Assembly: GCA_963842085.1 (NCBI GenBank)
Contig: CAWJET010000001.1
Span: 2,272,001-2,336,000, forward strand
DNA from: an uncultured delta proteobacterium
GTDB lineage: Bacteria; Desulfobacterota; Binatia; Binatales; Binataceae
Direction of reading: 5' to 3'
DNA: 64,000 bases
Below the pieces are notes generated by a model that searched no databases, was not told the origin of the DNA, and worked only from the letters and a program-made list of their open reading frames with translations. Positions 28,382 through 37,147 of the stretch are shown here, piece after piece. How positions within the stretch are numbered: the first letter of the stretch is position 1; each line of letters begins with the position of its first letter. The position numbers were made by a program, and so were the translations under genes.

Positions 28382-30100
28382 TCAGCGGCGGGCGTCGTCG
28401 CCGCGCGAAACCTCCATCCAGGCGTTGATCAGATCGTCGGCCTCGTCCGGCTCGAGGCGGCCGTCCTTCACGGCGGCCAGGATTTCGAGGATGGCGTCGT
28501 CGCGACTCAGTTTTACAGTTGCGCCGGGCCTGAATTTCGCCGACTGACTATCGGCTGCCGGTTTGTCAGTCTCCGACTGAGTAACCGATTGAGTAGCTGA
28601 CTGAGTAGTGCTGCCGGCCTGTTCATGCGAACGTTCGCGCAGGTCGCGCGCGGCTTCGCGGATTTTGTCGCGCATCTCGCGCGCGGCCTGCCGCACCCGC
28701 TCACGCATCTCGTTGCGCGCCTCGCGCGAGCCGCCGCGCACCGCGTTCGCGACGAGATCGCCGATTTCCTTGCCCAGCTTGGCGAGCCGATCGCCGACGT
28801 CGTCGGGGACCCGCTCCTCGATTTCGGAAATGGCGCGCTCGACTTCGCGGAGTCCTTCGCTGACGCTGCGCTTCACATCGCGGGTAACTTCGCGCACGAT
28901 TCCGCTGGAAAGGCCGCCGCTCTCGGCGACGAACTGGCCGGCGGCGTCGAGCACGCTGCGCACAAAGGCGGGGATCTCGCCGCCGAGGTTGTCGGCAAGG
29001 TCCTCGAACGGGGCGGAGAATGCGCCGCCCGCGCGCGAGCGGTAACCGCGGCCGGAGAAATCGCGCTCGCGCGCGTCGCCGCTGGCGACGATCACGTCGG
29101 CGCCGCGGGTCTCGACGGCGATTTTCGTGCGCGCGCCGGACGCTGGGTCGGGACCGATCGTCCCGCGAACGTGATTGCGGCCGAGCCATTTGAGGCCGGC
29201 GGCGTCGATGCCGTAAGTGCGGATACGGCCCCATCCGGCGGAGGCGTCGAGCTCGAGCGAGGCGTTGGCGTCCACTTCCAGGTTGACGCGGCCGCGGCTT
29301 CTGACGCTCCAGGTCTTGTCGGTGGGAAACGGGCCGGCGAGATCAACCGCGCCGCCCACGTCTTCAAGGCTGAGCGAGCCACCAACGCGGCTGATGCGCG
29401 CGTGGCCGCCGACAGAGCCGACCGCGACTTCGCCGGCGACGCTCTCGGCTGCGAGTTTGCCGCCGATCGTACCGATCCGGATTGCGCCGGACAGGTTCGC
29501 GGCACGCACGCGGCCGCCGACGGCGCCGGCTTCGACCTGTGAGGCGTCCTCGACTTCGAGATGTCCGCCGACGATGCGGGCGATGAACGGGGCGCACAGT
29601 CGAAGCAGGCGCGCGCTGCCGCCGATTTTTTCGATCGCCACTTCTCCTTCGATGGCGCGGCAATCGAGCCCGCCGGCAACGCGGCTGAAGGTGATCGCGC
29701 CCGCTGACTCAACGGAGAGCGCACCGCCGACTTTGAGGCCTTCTACAGCACCCGCCTGGTTGATGGAGACGTTGCCGCCGACAGGCTCGCGGATTGAGAT
29801 GGCGCCGACGCGGTGCGCGTGGAGATTGCCGCGAACGCGCTTGACGACGAAAGGGGTGGCGAGATCGGAAACGTCGAGGTTGCCGGCGAGGTCTTCGACT
29901 TCGACGGTGACGCCGGCGGGGACGGTGATGACGGCGTTGTCGCGGAGCGTCAGTTCGGCGCCGCCGGCGTCGCGAGTGACCTGGGGCGTGAGGCCCGAAT
30001 CGATCTCAATTGCGGAAAGATCTCCGCCGGCGATTTTGAGATTTCCGGCGGCGCGCAGGACGCGGATTGATTCAACTCCTTCGAGCGTCGAGATAGCCAT
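28382..30100 (-). CDS. DUF4097-like beta-strand-repeat protein with coiled coil and C-terminal SHOCT-like helix
   Basis: Repeated VGG/IGG beta units; C-terminal ILEILAAVKDGRLEPDEADDLI. Confidence 0.7.
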   Translation of the reverse strand: MAISTLEGVESIRVLRAAGNLKIAGGDLSAIEIDSGLTPQVTRDAGGAELTLRDNAVITVPAGVTVEVEDLAGNLDVSDLATPFVVKRVRGNLHAHRVGAISIREPVGGNVSINQAGAVEGLKVGGALSVESAGAITFSRVAGGLDCRAIEGEVAIEKIGGSARLLRLCAPFIARIVGGHLEVEDASQVEAGAVGGRVRAANLSGAIRIGTIGGKLAAESVAGEVAVGSVGGHARISRVGGSLSLEDVGGAVDLAGPFPTDKTWSVRSRGRVNLEVDANASLELDASAGWGRIRTYGIDAAGLKWLGRNHVRGTIGPDPASGARTKIAVETRGADVIVASGDARERDFSGRGYRSRAGGAFSAPFEDLADNLGGEIPAFVRSVLDAAGQFVAESGGLSSGIVREVTRDVKRSVSEGLREVERAISEIEERVPDDVGDRLAKLGKEIGDLVANAVRGGSREARNEMRERVRQAAREMRDKIREAARDLRERSHEQAGSTTQSATQSVTQSETDKPAADSQSAKFRPGATVKLSRDDAILEILAAVKDGRLEPDEADDLINAWMEVSRGDDARR

Positions 30101-30148
30101 GGCGGATTTCCTCCGTTGATTTTTTCACTTTTCCACTTGCCGGATTGT

Positions 30149-30550
30149 TCAACTGTCTTTTGTGCGGGGCTCGTTGAGCGCGGCGAGAGCTTCTTCTGCC
30201 GTGAGTTTGCCGCTCTTCAGATCGGCCAGGACCGAGCGGCGTCGCGAGCCGCTGTCGTCGGAGGTGGAGGTCTCGGGCGCGGACTTGGCGGAGTAGCCGA
30301 GCGCGATGATGACTTCGTCGAGGCGCGCGCGCACGGTCGGGTAGGAGACGCCGAGTTCGCGCTCGACGTCGCGGATAACGCCGCGGTTCTTGATGAAGAC
30401 CTCGACGAAATCGATTTGCGCGCCGGTGAGTTTGAGGAGCGCGGGCGGCGCAAATTCGCCGTCGATCGAGATTGCGCAATCGGGACATCGCAGGCGGGCG
30501 ACCGTAAGGTTGCCGTCGCACGATGGGCATTTAAGAATTATTGGTCGCAT
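30149..30550 (-). CDS. DUF2089 family protein (Zn ribbon + HTH + SHOCT-like)
   Basis: CPSC...CPDC, FIKNRG, ELGVSYPTVRARLD, LKSGKLTAEEAL. Confidence 0.88.
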   Translation of the reverse strand: MRPIILKCPSCDGNLTVARLRCPDCAISIDGEFAPPALLKLTGAQIDFVEVFIKNRGVIRDVERELGVSYPTVRARLDEVIIALGYSAKSAPETSTSDDSGSRRRSVLADLKSGKLTAEEALAALNEPRTKDS

Positions 30551-30571
30551 TTGAAGTAATACTGAATCTAA

Positions 30572-30608
30572 ATATTAACTCTGTCAAGTCTGATATTAAA
30601 GATATTAA
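30572..30608 (-). promoter_or_regulatory. TTGACA -35 box flanked by three TTAATAT direct repeats upstream of the DUF2089 gene
   Basis: ATATTAA at 30572, 30593 and 30602; TGTCAA at 30582-30587. Confidence 0.5.
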
Positions 30609-30886
30609 GAATGAGGTCGAGGCGTTACGTTTCTGGTTGATGGAAAAACGATGGAATCGACAATTTCTACCATCTGTGGTGTTTTTCATAACGACCCTAC
30701 CACCGGTAGCTTCGTTCCGTCAAAAATTATTTCTGATGGACGAGAGCGCCACCCGGTTTCGAGCGAGTTTGGCGAGGATGGGGCATTCTGACGGTTGCCC
30801 ATGCCGTACACATAGCACGCCAAATCTGGCGGGATCAGGCTGAATAGTTCATCCCCAAATCCGGCATCAAACTTCGGATTCAGTAG

Positions 30887-31990
30887 TCAGACGTTGGGGG
30901 GTGACGGATGCTGCTGGCTAAGGCAATGGACGGAGCCGAGGCCCCAGACCAGGTCGGTTGAGGGGACGCCTACAACTCGGCGGGTTGGGAACAGGCGCTG
31001 CAGAGTTTCTGCTCCGAGGGCGTCCGTGGGGGCGTCGAAGGTGGGTATCAGTACGGCGCCGTTCGCTACATAGAAGTTCGCGTAGGAGGCGGGCAGGCGG
31101 GTGCCGTCGTAGATGACGGCCGGGGGCATCGGGAGAGTTTCGATTTTGAAGGGCCGGCCGTCTTGATAGCGCATCGCGCGCAGGCGTTCGAGGTTGTCGC
31201 GCAGGACGGGGTAGTTCACGTCGGCGGGATCGTGCTCGAGGACAGTGACGATCGTGTCTGGCGCGACGAAGCGTGCGAGGTCGTCGATGTGGCCGTCGGT
31301 GTCGTCGCCGGCGATTCCGTCGCCGAGCCAGAGCACGTTGGTCACGCCCAGGTAGGTGCGCAGGTAGTCCTCGATGTCGGTGCGGGTGAGCGTGGGATTG
31401 CGGTTGGGGTTGAGCAGGCATGACTCGGTCGTGAGCACGGAGCCGGCGCCGTTGACGTCGATCGAGCCGCCCTCAAGCACGATTCCCGGCTCGATCACTT
31501 CGACGCCGTAACGTGCGGCGAGCTTTTGCGGGACGACGTCGTCGAGCTCGAAGGCGCCGTACTTTTCGCCCCACGAGTTGAAGCGCCAGTCGAGCGCGAT
31601 CTGCGCTGGGAGGTTGGGCGCAACGCTTCCGAGGCGGTTGACAAAAATCGGGCCGTGGTCGCGTGCCCATGCGTCGTTGGTCGGCAGATGAAATACATCT
31701 ATGGGGAGAAGTGGGCCGGGCGCTTCCTTTTCCGTGCGGCGGGCGGCGTCACGAACCATCGCGCGCACCTGGTCGAGTTGCGTTTGATCGGTGACCATCA
31801 GGCGCACAGGCTCGAAGCGCGCGATCTTCGCAACCATGTCGGCGTAGATGGGCGGGATGACGTCGAACTTGCCGGGCCAGGTGTCGCGATTGTGCGGCCA
31901 TGCGAGGTAGCACGCGAGATGCGGCGCCCATTCGGGCGGCATCCGGTAGCCCGCGAGAATGCGTCGATGCTCGGGTGAAATTGCGGTCAC
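30887..31990 (-). CDS. aguA: Agmatine deiminase
   Basis: MPPEWAPH, DAWARDHGP, LEGGSID, DDTDGHID, ASYANFY, GSVHCLSQQ. Confidence 0.93.
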   Translation of the reverse strand: MTAISPEHRRILAGYRMPPEWAPHLACYLAWPHNRDTWPGKFDVIPPIYADMVAKIARFEPVRLMVTDQTQLDQVRAMVRDAARRTEKEAPGPLLPIDVFHLPTNDAWARDHGPIFVNRLGSVAPNLPAQIALDWRFNSWGEKYGAFELDDVVPQKLAARYGVEVIEPGIVLEGGSIDVNGAGSVLTTESCLLNPNRNPTLTRTDIEDYLRTYLGVTNVLWLGDGIAGDDTDGHIDDLARFVAPDTIVTVLEHDPADVNYPVLRDNLERLRAMRYQDGRPFKIETLPMPPAVIYDGTRLPASYANFYVANGAVLIPTFDAPTDALGAETLQRLFPTRRVVGVPSTDLVWGLGSVHCLSQQHPSPPNV

Positions 31991-31992
31991 GG

Positions 31993-32868
31993 CTACGAAC
32001 GATAGCGGCGCGTCAGGTCGGCGTAGGCGTCAATTCGGCGATCGCGCAGGAACGGCCAGTTGCGGCGGACTTGCTCGATCTTGGCAAGGTCGCATTCGGC
32101 GAGCAGCGTCTCCTCGGCGGTGGCGCCGGCGCGCGCGATGATCTCACCGAACGGATCGGCGACGAATGAATCGCCCCAGAACTCGAGCTCGCCTTCGACG
32201 CCGACGCGATTGACCGCCGCGACGAAGACGCCGTTGGCGATCGCGTGGCTGCGCTGAATCGTTTCCCAGGCGTTCACCTGCTTGGGGCGGACTTTCTGCG
32301 GCTCGCCATGCCACCATCCGATGGCCGTGGGATAGAAGAGGATCTGCGCGCCGGCCATCGCGGTAAGGCGCGCAGCTTCGGGGAACCATTGATCCCAGCA
32401 TACGAGCACGCCGACCGGGCCGCGCGAGGTGGGATGCGCGACGAAGTCGAGATCGCCGGGGGTGAAATAGAATTTTTCGTAGTAGCGGGGATCGTCGGGG
32501 ATGTGCATCTTGCGGTAGCGGCCGACGATTTTGCCGGCCTCGTCGATGACGGCGGCGGTGTTGTGATAGACGCCGGCCGCACGGCGCTCGAAGATCGACG
32601 CTATTATGATAATTTTCCGCGCCTTGGCGACGGCGCCGAGCGCTTCGGTGGTGGGTCCGGGAATCGGCTCGGCGAGATCGAAAAATTTCGGATCCTCGAC
32701 CTGACACGGGTAGTGCGCGCCGAACAACTCCTGGGTGCAGACGATTTGCGCGCCGCGGCGGGCAGCCTCGTCGATTTTGGCGATCGCCTTGTCGAGGTTG
32801 AGGCGCGGCTCGGCGGCGCAGCTCATCTGGATGAGGCCGATGACGACCTTGCCGGCGTGCGATGCCAT
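31993..32868 (-). CDS. aguB: N-carbamoylputrescine amidase (nitrilase family)
   Basis: QELF, YRKMHIPDDP.YYEKFYF, VCWDQWFPEAAR, YPTAIG; adjacent to aguA. Confidence 0.92.
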   Translation of the reverse strand: MASHAGKVVIGLIQMSCAAEPRLNLDKAIAKIDEAARRGAQIVCTQELFGAHYPCQVEDPKFFDLAEPIPGPTTEALGAVAKARKIIIIASIFERRAAGVYHNTAAVIDEAGKIVGRYRKMHIPDDPRYYEKFYFTPGDLDFVAHPTSRGPVGVLVCWDQWFPEAARLTAMAGAQILFYPTAIGWWHGEPQKVRPKQVNAWETIQRSHAIANGVFVAAVNRVGVEGELEFWGDSFVADPFGEIIARAGATAEETLLAECDLAKIEQVRRNWPFLRDRRIDAYADLTRRYRS

Positions 32869-33018
32869 GACAATTGTGATAGCAACCGCGCAGGTCGCAC
32901 GCCATCAGTCGGCACAATCGAGTTACCACGGGCACGAAACATTTTCGTCATCTGCGGTTGCATGAGCGGCGCTGTGATACTGTAATAGGGCGCGCCACGG
33001 AAGACGCGCTGGAGCATT

Positions 33019-33159
33019 CTCGGGACTGCCCGCCGCTGATAGCCGGGTCCTGCGCAAGGGAAGGCCGCGAACCCCGCCAGGTCCGGAAGGAAGCAACGGT
33101 ACCGGCTGCCACCCTGTGCCGCAGGGGTGCCTGGCTATCATTCGACGGGCAGTCCCGGG
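33019..33159 (+). ncRNA. ffs: Signal recognition particle RNA
   Basis: Domain IV CAGGTCCGGAAGGAAGCAACGG; long closing stem CTCGGGACTGCCCG/CGGGCAGTCCCGGG; usual position upstream of dnaX. Confidence 0.93.
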
Positions 33160-33174
33160 CGAAAAGATTTCGCG

Positions 33175-35043
33175 ATGGCCGAAGCTCAAACTCCCCATCT
33201 GGTACTCGCGCGCAAATGGCGGCCGGAGCGCTTCTCGGAGCTGGTCGGCCAGGAGCATGTGACGCGCACGCTCGGCGAGGCGCTCAAGCGCGGCCGAATC
33301 GCGCACGCGTTCCTGTTCACCGGGATTCGCGGCGTCGGCAAAACGACGGCGGCGCGGATTCTTGCGCGCTGCCTGAACTGCGAGAAGGGTCCGACCGCGG
33401 AGCCGTGCGGCAAATGCGCGGCGTGCGTGGAGATTCGCGCCGGAAATTCGCTCGACGTCAACGAGATCGACGGCGCCACTTATCGCAAGATCGAGGACGC
33501 CCGCGCGATCATTGAAAACCTGAGCTACCGGCCGGCGCGCGACCGCTTCAAGATTTACATTATCGACGAGGCCCATCAGCTTACCGATTCGGCCTTCAAC
33601 GCGCTGCTGAAGACGCTCGAAGAGCCGCCGCCGCACGTCAAGTTTATTCTCGCGACGACCGAGCCGCAGAAGATGCCCGAGACGATCCTGTCGCGGCTGC
33701 AGCGCTACGACTTCCGGCGCATCCCGTACCTTAAGATTCTCGAGCGGCTGCAGGATCTCGCACGGCGCGAAGGGGTCGAGGCCGAGGAGAGCGCACTGCG
33801 GCTGCTTGCGCGCGAGGCCGGCGGCAGCATGCGCGACGCGGAGCGGATGCTCGAGACAGCGATCGCGACGGCGTCGGGCAAAGTCACCGAGGCCGCGGTG
33901 GCGGCGTCGCTCGGGGTCGCGAGCCGGACCACCGTTCTTAAGTTAGCTGACGCGATTTTGCAGAAGAACGCGGCCGCCGCGCTTACGCACGTGCGCGAGC
34001 TGGCCGGCCGCGGCGCCAACCTCGAATCGCTCGGGCGCGATTTGCTCGAGACGCTTCGAAATCTCGCGATCGCGAAACTTCCCGCCAGCGGCGCGGACAG
34101 TCCGCTCGACGATATTCCCGATCACGAAGTGGCGGAGCTCAAGCGGCTGGCGGCCGGCGCCAGCGCGCGCGACATCATGCGGCTGTTTCGGCTGATGGCC
34201 GATTCGCAGGAACAGATTCTCCGCTCGCCCTACCCCGATCTGCTGCTGGAGATGGCGGTGGTGCGGATGGCGTCGCTGGCGGCGGTGATCGACACCGACG
34301 AATTGCTGCGCGCGATCGGCGCGGCGGCGCCGCCGGCATCGGGCACTCCACCGTCCGGCGGTGGACCGAGCGGCCGCGGCAGGCCCGAGGCGGCATCGAA
34401 GGAGCAATCGAGCGGCGCGCGGCGGCTGCGGGTCGAGGGCGAAGTCAAAGCCGATGCGCCGCTGCGCAATCATGCTCAAGACGACAGCCCGCGCGAACTT
34501 CCGCAGTTGCGCGATTTTATTCGCGGCCGGCGCGCGGCGTTGGCCGGTTTCATGGAGCAGGGCGCGGGACTCGCGCTCGACGGCGACGTGCTGACGGTCA
34601 CCGCGCGCAACGACATTTACGTCCGCTATCTGAACGACAACAAGGCAGTGATCGCGGAGCTTGCGAGCGAGCATCTCGGCCGCGCAATTCGAGTCGAGCT
34701 TTCGGCCAACGGCGCGGCGAAACCCGCGGCCGCGCGCGCGACGATGCCGCTAGCCGATACGGGGCTCACGCGCGAATCGCGGTCTGCGCCGGGGTCGGAC
34801 ACAACTGGTTCGGTCGCCGCGGGGAACGGGCAAAAGCGGACGGTGTCGCCGGAGCCGTTTGGATCAAGCAAAGAAATTGCACCGTCGCCGCCGGCGATCG
34901 ATGCCGGGCGACGCGCCGCGACACCCGAGGAACGGCAGGCGGTGCTTGCGGATCCCGCGGTGCGAAGAGTGTTCGATACGCTCGACGCGCGCCTGGTGGA
35001 ATTAAAGGTGCCGAACGATGTCGCCGAGCCGAAGTCGAAATAG
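33175..35043 (+). CDS. dnaX: DNA polymerase III subunit gamma/tau
   Basis: LARKWRP, GIRGVGKTT, Zn motif CLNC..PCGKC..C, IIDEAH, NALLKTLEEPP, GSMRDA. Confidence 0.97.
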   Translation: MAEAQTPHLVLARKWRPERFSELVGQEHVTRTLGEALKRGRIAHAFLFTGIRGVGKTTAARILARCLNCEKGPTAEPCGKCAACVEIRAGNSLDVNEIDGATYRKIEDARAIIENLSYRPARDRFKIYIIDEAHQLTDSAFNALLKTLEEPPPHVKFILATTEPQKMPETILSRLQRYDFRRIPYLKILERLQDLARREGVEAEESALRLLAREAGGSMRDAERMLETAIATASGKVTEAAVAASLGVASRTTVLKLADAILQKNAAAALTHVRELAGRGANLESLGRDLLETLRNLAIAKLPASGADSPLDDIPDHEVAELKRLAAGASARDIMRLFRLMADSQEQILRSPYPDLLLEMAVVRMASLAAVIDTDELLRAIGAAAPPASGTPPSGGGPSGRGRPEAASKEQSSGARRLRVEGEVKADAPLRNHAQDDSPRELPQLRDFIRGRRAALAGFMEQGAGLALDGDVLTVTARNDIYVRYLNDNKAVIAELASEHLGRAIRVELSANGAAKPAAARATMPLADTGLTRESRSAPGSDTTGSVAAGNGQKRTVSPEPFGSSKEIAPSPPAIDAGRRAATPEERQAVLADPAVRRVFDTLDARLVELKVPNDVAEPKSK

Positions 35044-35082
35044 TACGTCGTCGCTGGAAGCCTGCGGCAAGGAGCAATTGGA

Positions 35083-35412
35083 GTGGCAGAAATAGACTTG
35101 TCAGCATTGATGCAGCAGGCGCAGGCGTTGCAATCCAAGATGCAGGAGATGCAGGACGCGGCGGCGGCCAAAACCGTCGAGGCGCAATCGGCCGGCGGGA
35201 TGGTGCGCGTGGTGGTCGACGGCACGCTGCGCGTGCGCAAGATCGAAATCGACGCCGCGCTGGTAGGCGCCAACGACAAGCCGATGCTCGAAGACCTGAT
35301 CCTGGTCGCCGTCAATGACGGGATGGCGCGCGCGCAGAAAATGCTCGCCGACGAGATGAGCAAGCTCGGCCCGCTGGGTGGCCTGAAGATTCCAGGATTC
35401 GGCGTCGAATGA
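35083..35412 (+). CDS. ybaB: YbaB/EbfC nucleoid-associated protein
   Basis: LMQQAQ, SAGGMVRV, MLEDLILVAVND; dnaX-ybaB-recR synteny. Confidence 0.95.
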   Translation: MAEIDLSALMQQAQALQSKMQEMQDAAAAKTVEAQSAGGMVRVVVDGTLRVRKIEIDAALVGANDKPMLEDLILVAVNDGMARAQKMLADEMSKLGPLGGLKIPGFGVE

Positions 35413-35425
35413 CGGAGCGCGCTTG

Positions 35426-36049
35426 ATGGCCGAGAACCTGAAGCGCCAGGACGGACTGCCGCCCGCGATGACGCGGCTGGTCAAGGAATTGTCGCGGCTG
35501 CCGGGGATCGGCGAGAAGACGGCGTCGCGGCTCGCGTTCAACCTGCTCAATCGGCCGCGCGACCAGGTAATTGCGCTGGCGGAAGCCCTGCTCGAAATGA
35601 AAGAGCGCGTCGGCCTGTGCTCGGGATGCTTCGGCCTGTCGGACCATCCGCGCTGTCAGATATGCGACGACGAGGCGCGCGAGCGCGAAGTCATTTGCGT
35701 CGTCGAGGGGCCCGCCGATCTGATGGCAATCGAGCGGGCGCGCAGTTTCGGCGGCGTCTATCACGTGCTCAATGGCGCTCTCGCGCCGCTCGACGGCATC
35801 GGCCCCGACGACATCAAGATGAAGGAACTGATTGCGCGCGTGAGTCCGCCCGCGGTCGTGCGCGAGGTGATAATCGCGACCAATGCAACCGTCGAGGGCG
35901 AGGCGACCGCGCTCTACATCGCGCGCGCGTTGAAACCGCTCGGCGTGAAGACGACGCGGCTGGCGCGCGGACTGCCGGCCGGGGGCGACCTGGAATACAG
36001 CGACTCCGCCACGCTCACCAGCGCGCTCAGTGGCCGCCGCGAACTCTAG
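35426..36049 (+). CDS. recR: Recombination mediator RecR
   Basis: LPGIGEKTASRLA, C4 Zn finger, YHVLNG, ATNATVEGEATA, RLARGLP. Confidence 0.97.
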   Translation: MAENLKRQDGLPPAMTRLVKELSRLPGIGEKTASRLAFNLLNRPRDQVIALAEALLEMKERVGLCSGCFGLSDHPRCQICDDEAREREVICVVEGPADLMAIERARSFGGVYHVLNGALAPLDGIGPDDIKMKELIARVSPPAVVREVIIATNATVEGEATALYIARALKPLGVKTTRLARGLPAGGDLEYSDSATLTSALSGRREL

Positions 36050-36055
36050 CTCACA

Positions 36056-36409
36056 GTGAGAGCAGTCTTCGCGCGACGATTGCGGACGCGCGCGGTCGTC
36101 TCGATGCTCCCGATAGCAATGTTGGCTTGCGGTGCGCCGAAGCCGATGACCCCGGCAGAGCGCGGGCGAATCGTGTACATGACCAATTGCCTGGTTTGCC
36201 ATAACGCCGATCCCAACCTGCCCGGCAGCCAGGGGCCGCCAATCGCGGGCTCGTCGCGCGAGCTGGTCTACGATCGCGTGCTCTTTCTGAAGTATCCGCC
36301 CGGTTACAAACCCAAGCGCACCACGCACGCGATGCGCGCGCTGCCGCAGTTGGCCAATCGAATCGACGACCTGACAGCGTTCCTTGCAGGGGCGGCGAAG
36401 AAGAACTGA
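36056..36409 (+). CDS. Lipoprotein cytochrome c
   Basis: Lipobox MLAC; CLVCH; distal Met HAM. Confidence 0.8.
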   Translation: MRAVFARRLRTRAVVSMLPIAMLACGAPKPMTPAERGRIVYMTNCLVCHNADPNLPGSQGPPIAGSSRELVYDRVLFLKYPPGYKPKRTTHAMRALPQLANRIDDLTAFLAGAAKKN

Positions 36410-36535
36410 AGCCGTTTGTCTAGAGCCATTCGTCAGGGGTAAAGTCGGATCACAGAGCCCAATCTCGGGACCTGCATTCACAATCAGCCGGGCGTACGAA
36501 TCTCGATTCCAGCCCGAAAGGACGGATTTTTCATC

Positions 36536-37117
36536 ATGGCATTCAAACTTCCCGAACTGCCGTACAGTATGGACGCGCTGAAACCCAATATCTCCGCCGA
36601 GACGCTTGAGTATCATCACGGCAAGCATCACAAGGCGTACGTCGACAAGCTGAACGAATTAGCCCCGGGCAGCAAATTCGCAAGCTCGTCGCTCGAAGAA
36701 ATCGTCAAGGGCGCCGAACCGGGGGGCCTCCTGAACAGCGCCGGGCAGCATTACAATCATTCCTTTTACTGGAAATCGTTGAGTCCCAAAGGCGGCGGCG
36801 GACCCAAGGGCCCGGCCGCGGACGCGATTAAGAAAGGCTTCGGCGATTTCGAGGCGTTCAAGAAAAAATTCAGCGAGATTGCGGTCGGCCACTTCGGCAG
36901 CGGCTGGGCGTGGCTGGTGCGAGCGAAAGACGGCTCGATCCAGGTCGTCGCGACGCATGACGCGGGATCGCCGATTCGCGAGGGCCAGACCCCGATCCTC
37001 ACCTGCGACGTGTGGGAGCACGCCTACTACATTGACTATCGCAACGCGCGCGCCAAGTACGTCGAGGCGTGGTGGAACCTGGTCAACTGGGATTTTGCCA
37101 ACGAAAATTTGAAATAG
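36536..37117 (+). CDS. sodB: Fe/Mn superoxide dismutase (Fe-type residues)
   Basis: YHHGKHH, GQHYNHSFYW, FGSGWAWL, DVWEHAYYIDYRN. Confidence 0.93.
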   Translation: MAFKLPELPYSMDALKPNISAETLEYHHGKHHKAYVDKLNELAPGSKFASSSLEEIVKGAEPGGLLNSAGQHYNHSFYWKSLSPKGGGGPKGPAADAIKKGFGDFEAFKKKFSEIAVGHFGSGWAWLVRAKDGSIQVVATHDAGSPIREGQTPILTCDVWEHAYYIDYRNARAKYVEAWWNLVNWDFANENLK

Positions 37118-37147
37118 GCGGAACTCTGCTTTTAGTGCGCTTGGCGC

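Noticed and set aside
28572-28610. 12-bp tandem repeat
   Set aside because: It encodes a TQS(A/V/E) low-complexity linker; not an array.
33175-35043. Programmed -1 frameshift in dnaX
   Set aside because: No A AAA AAG slippery site or long A run was seen.
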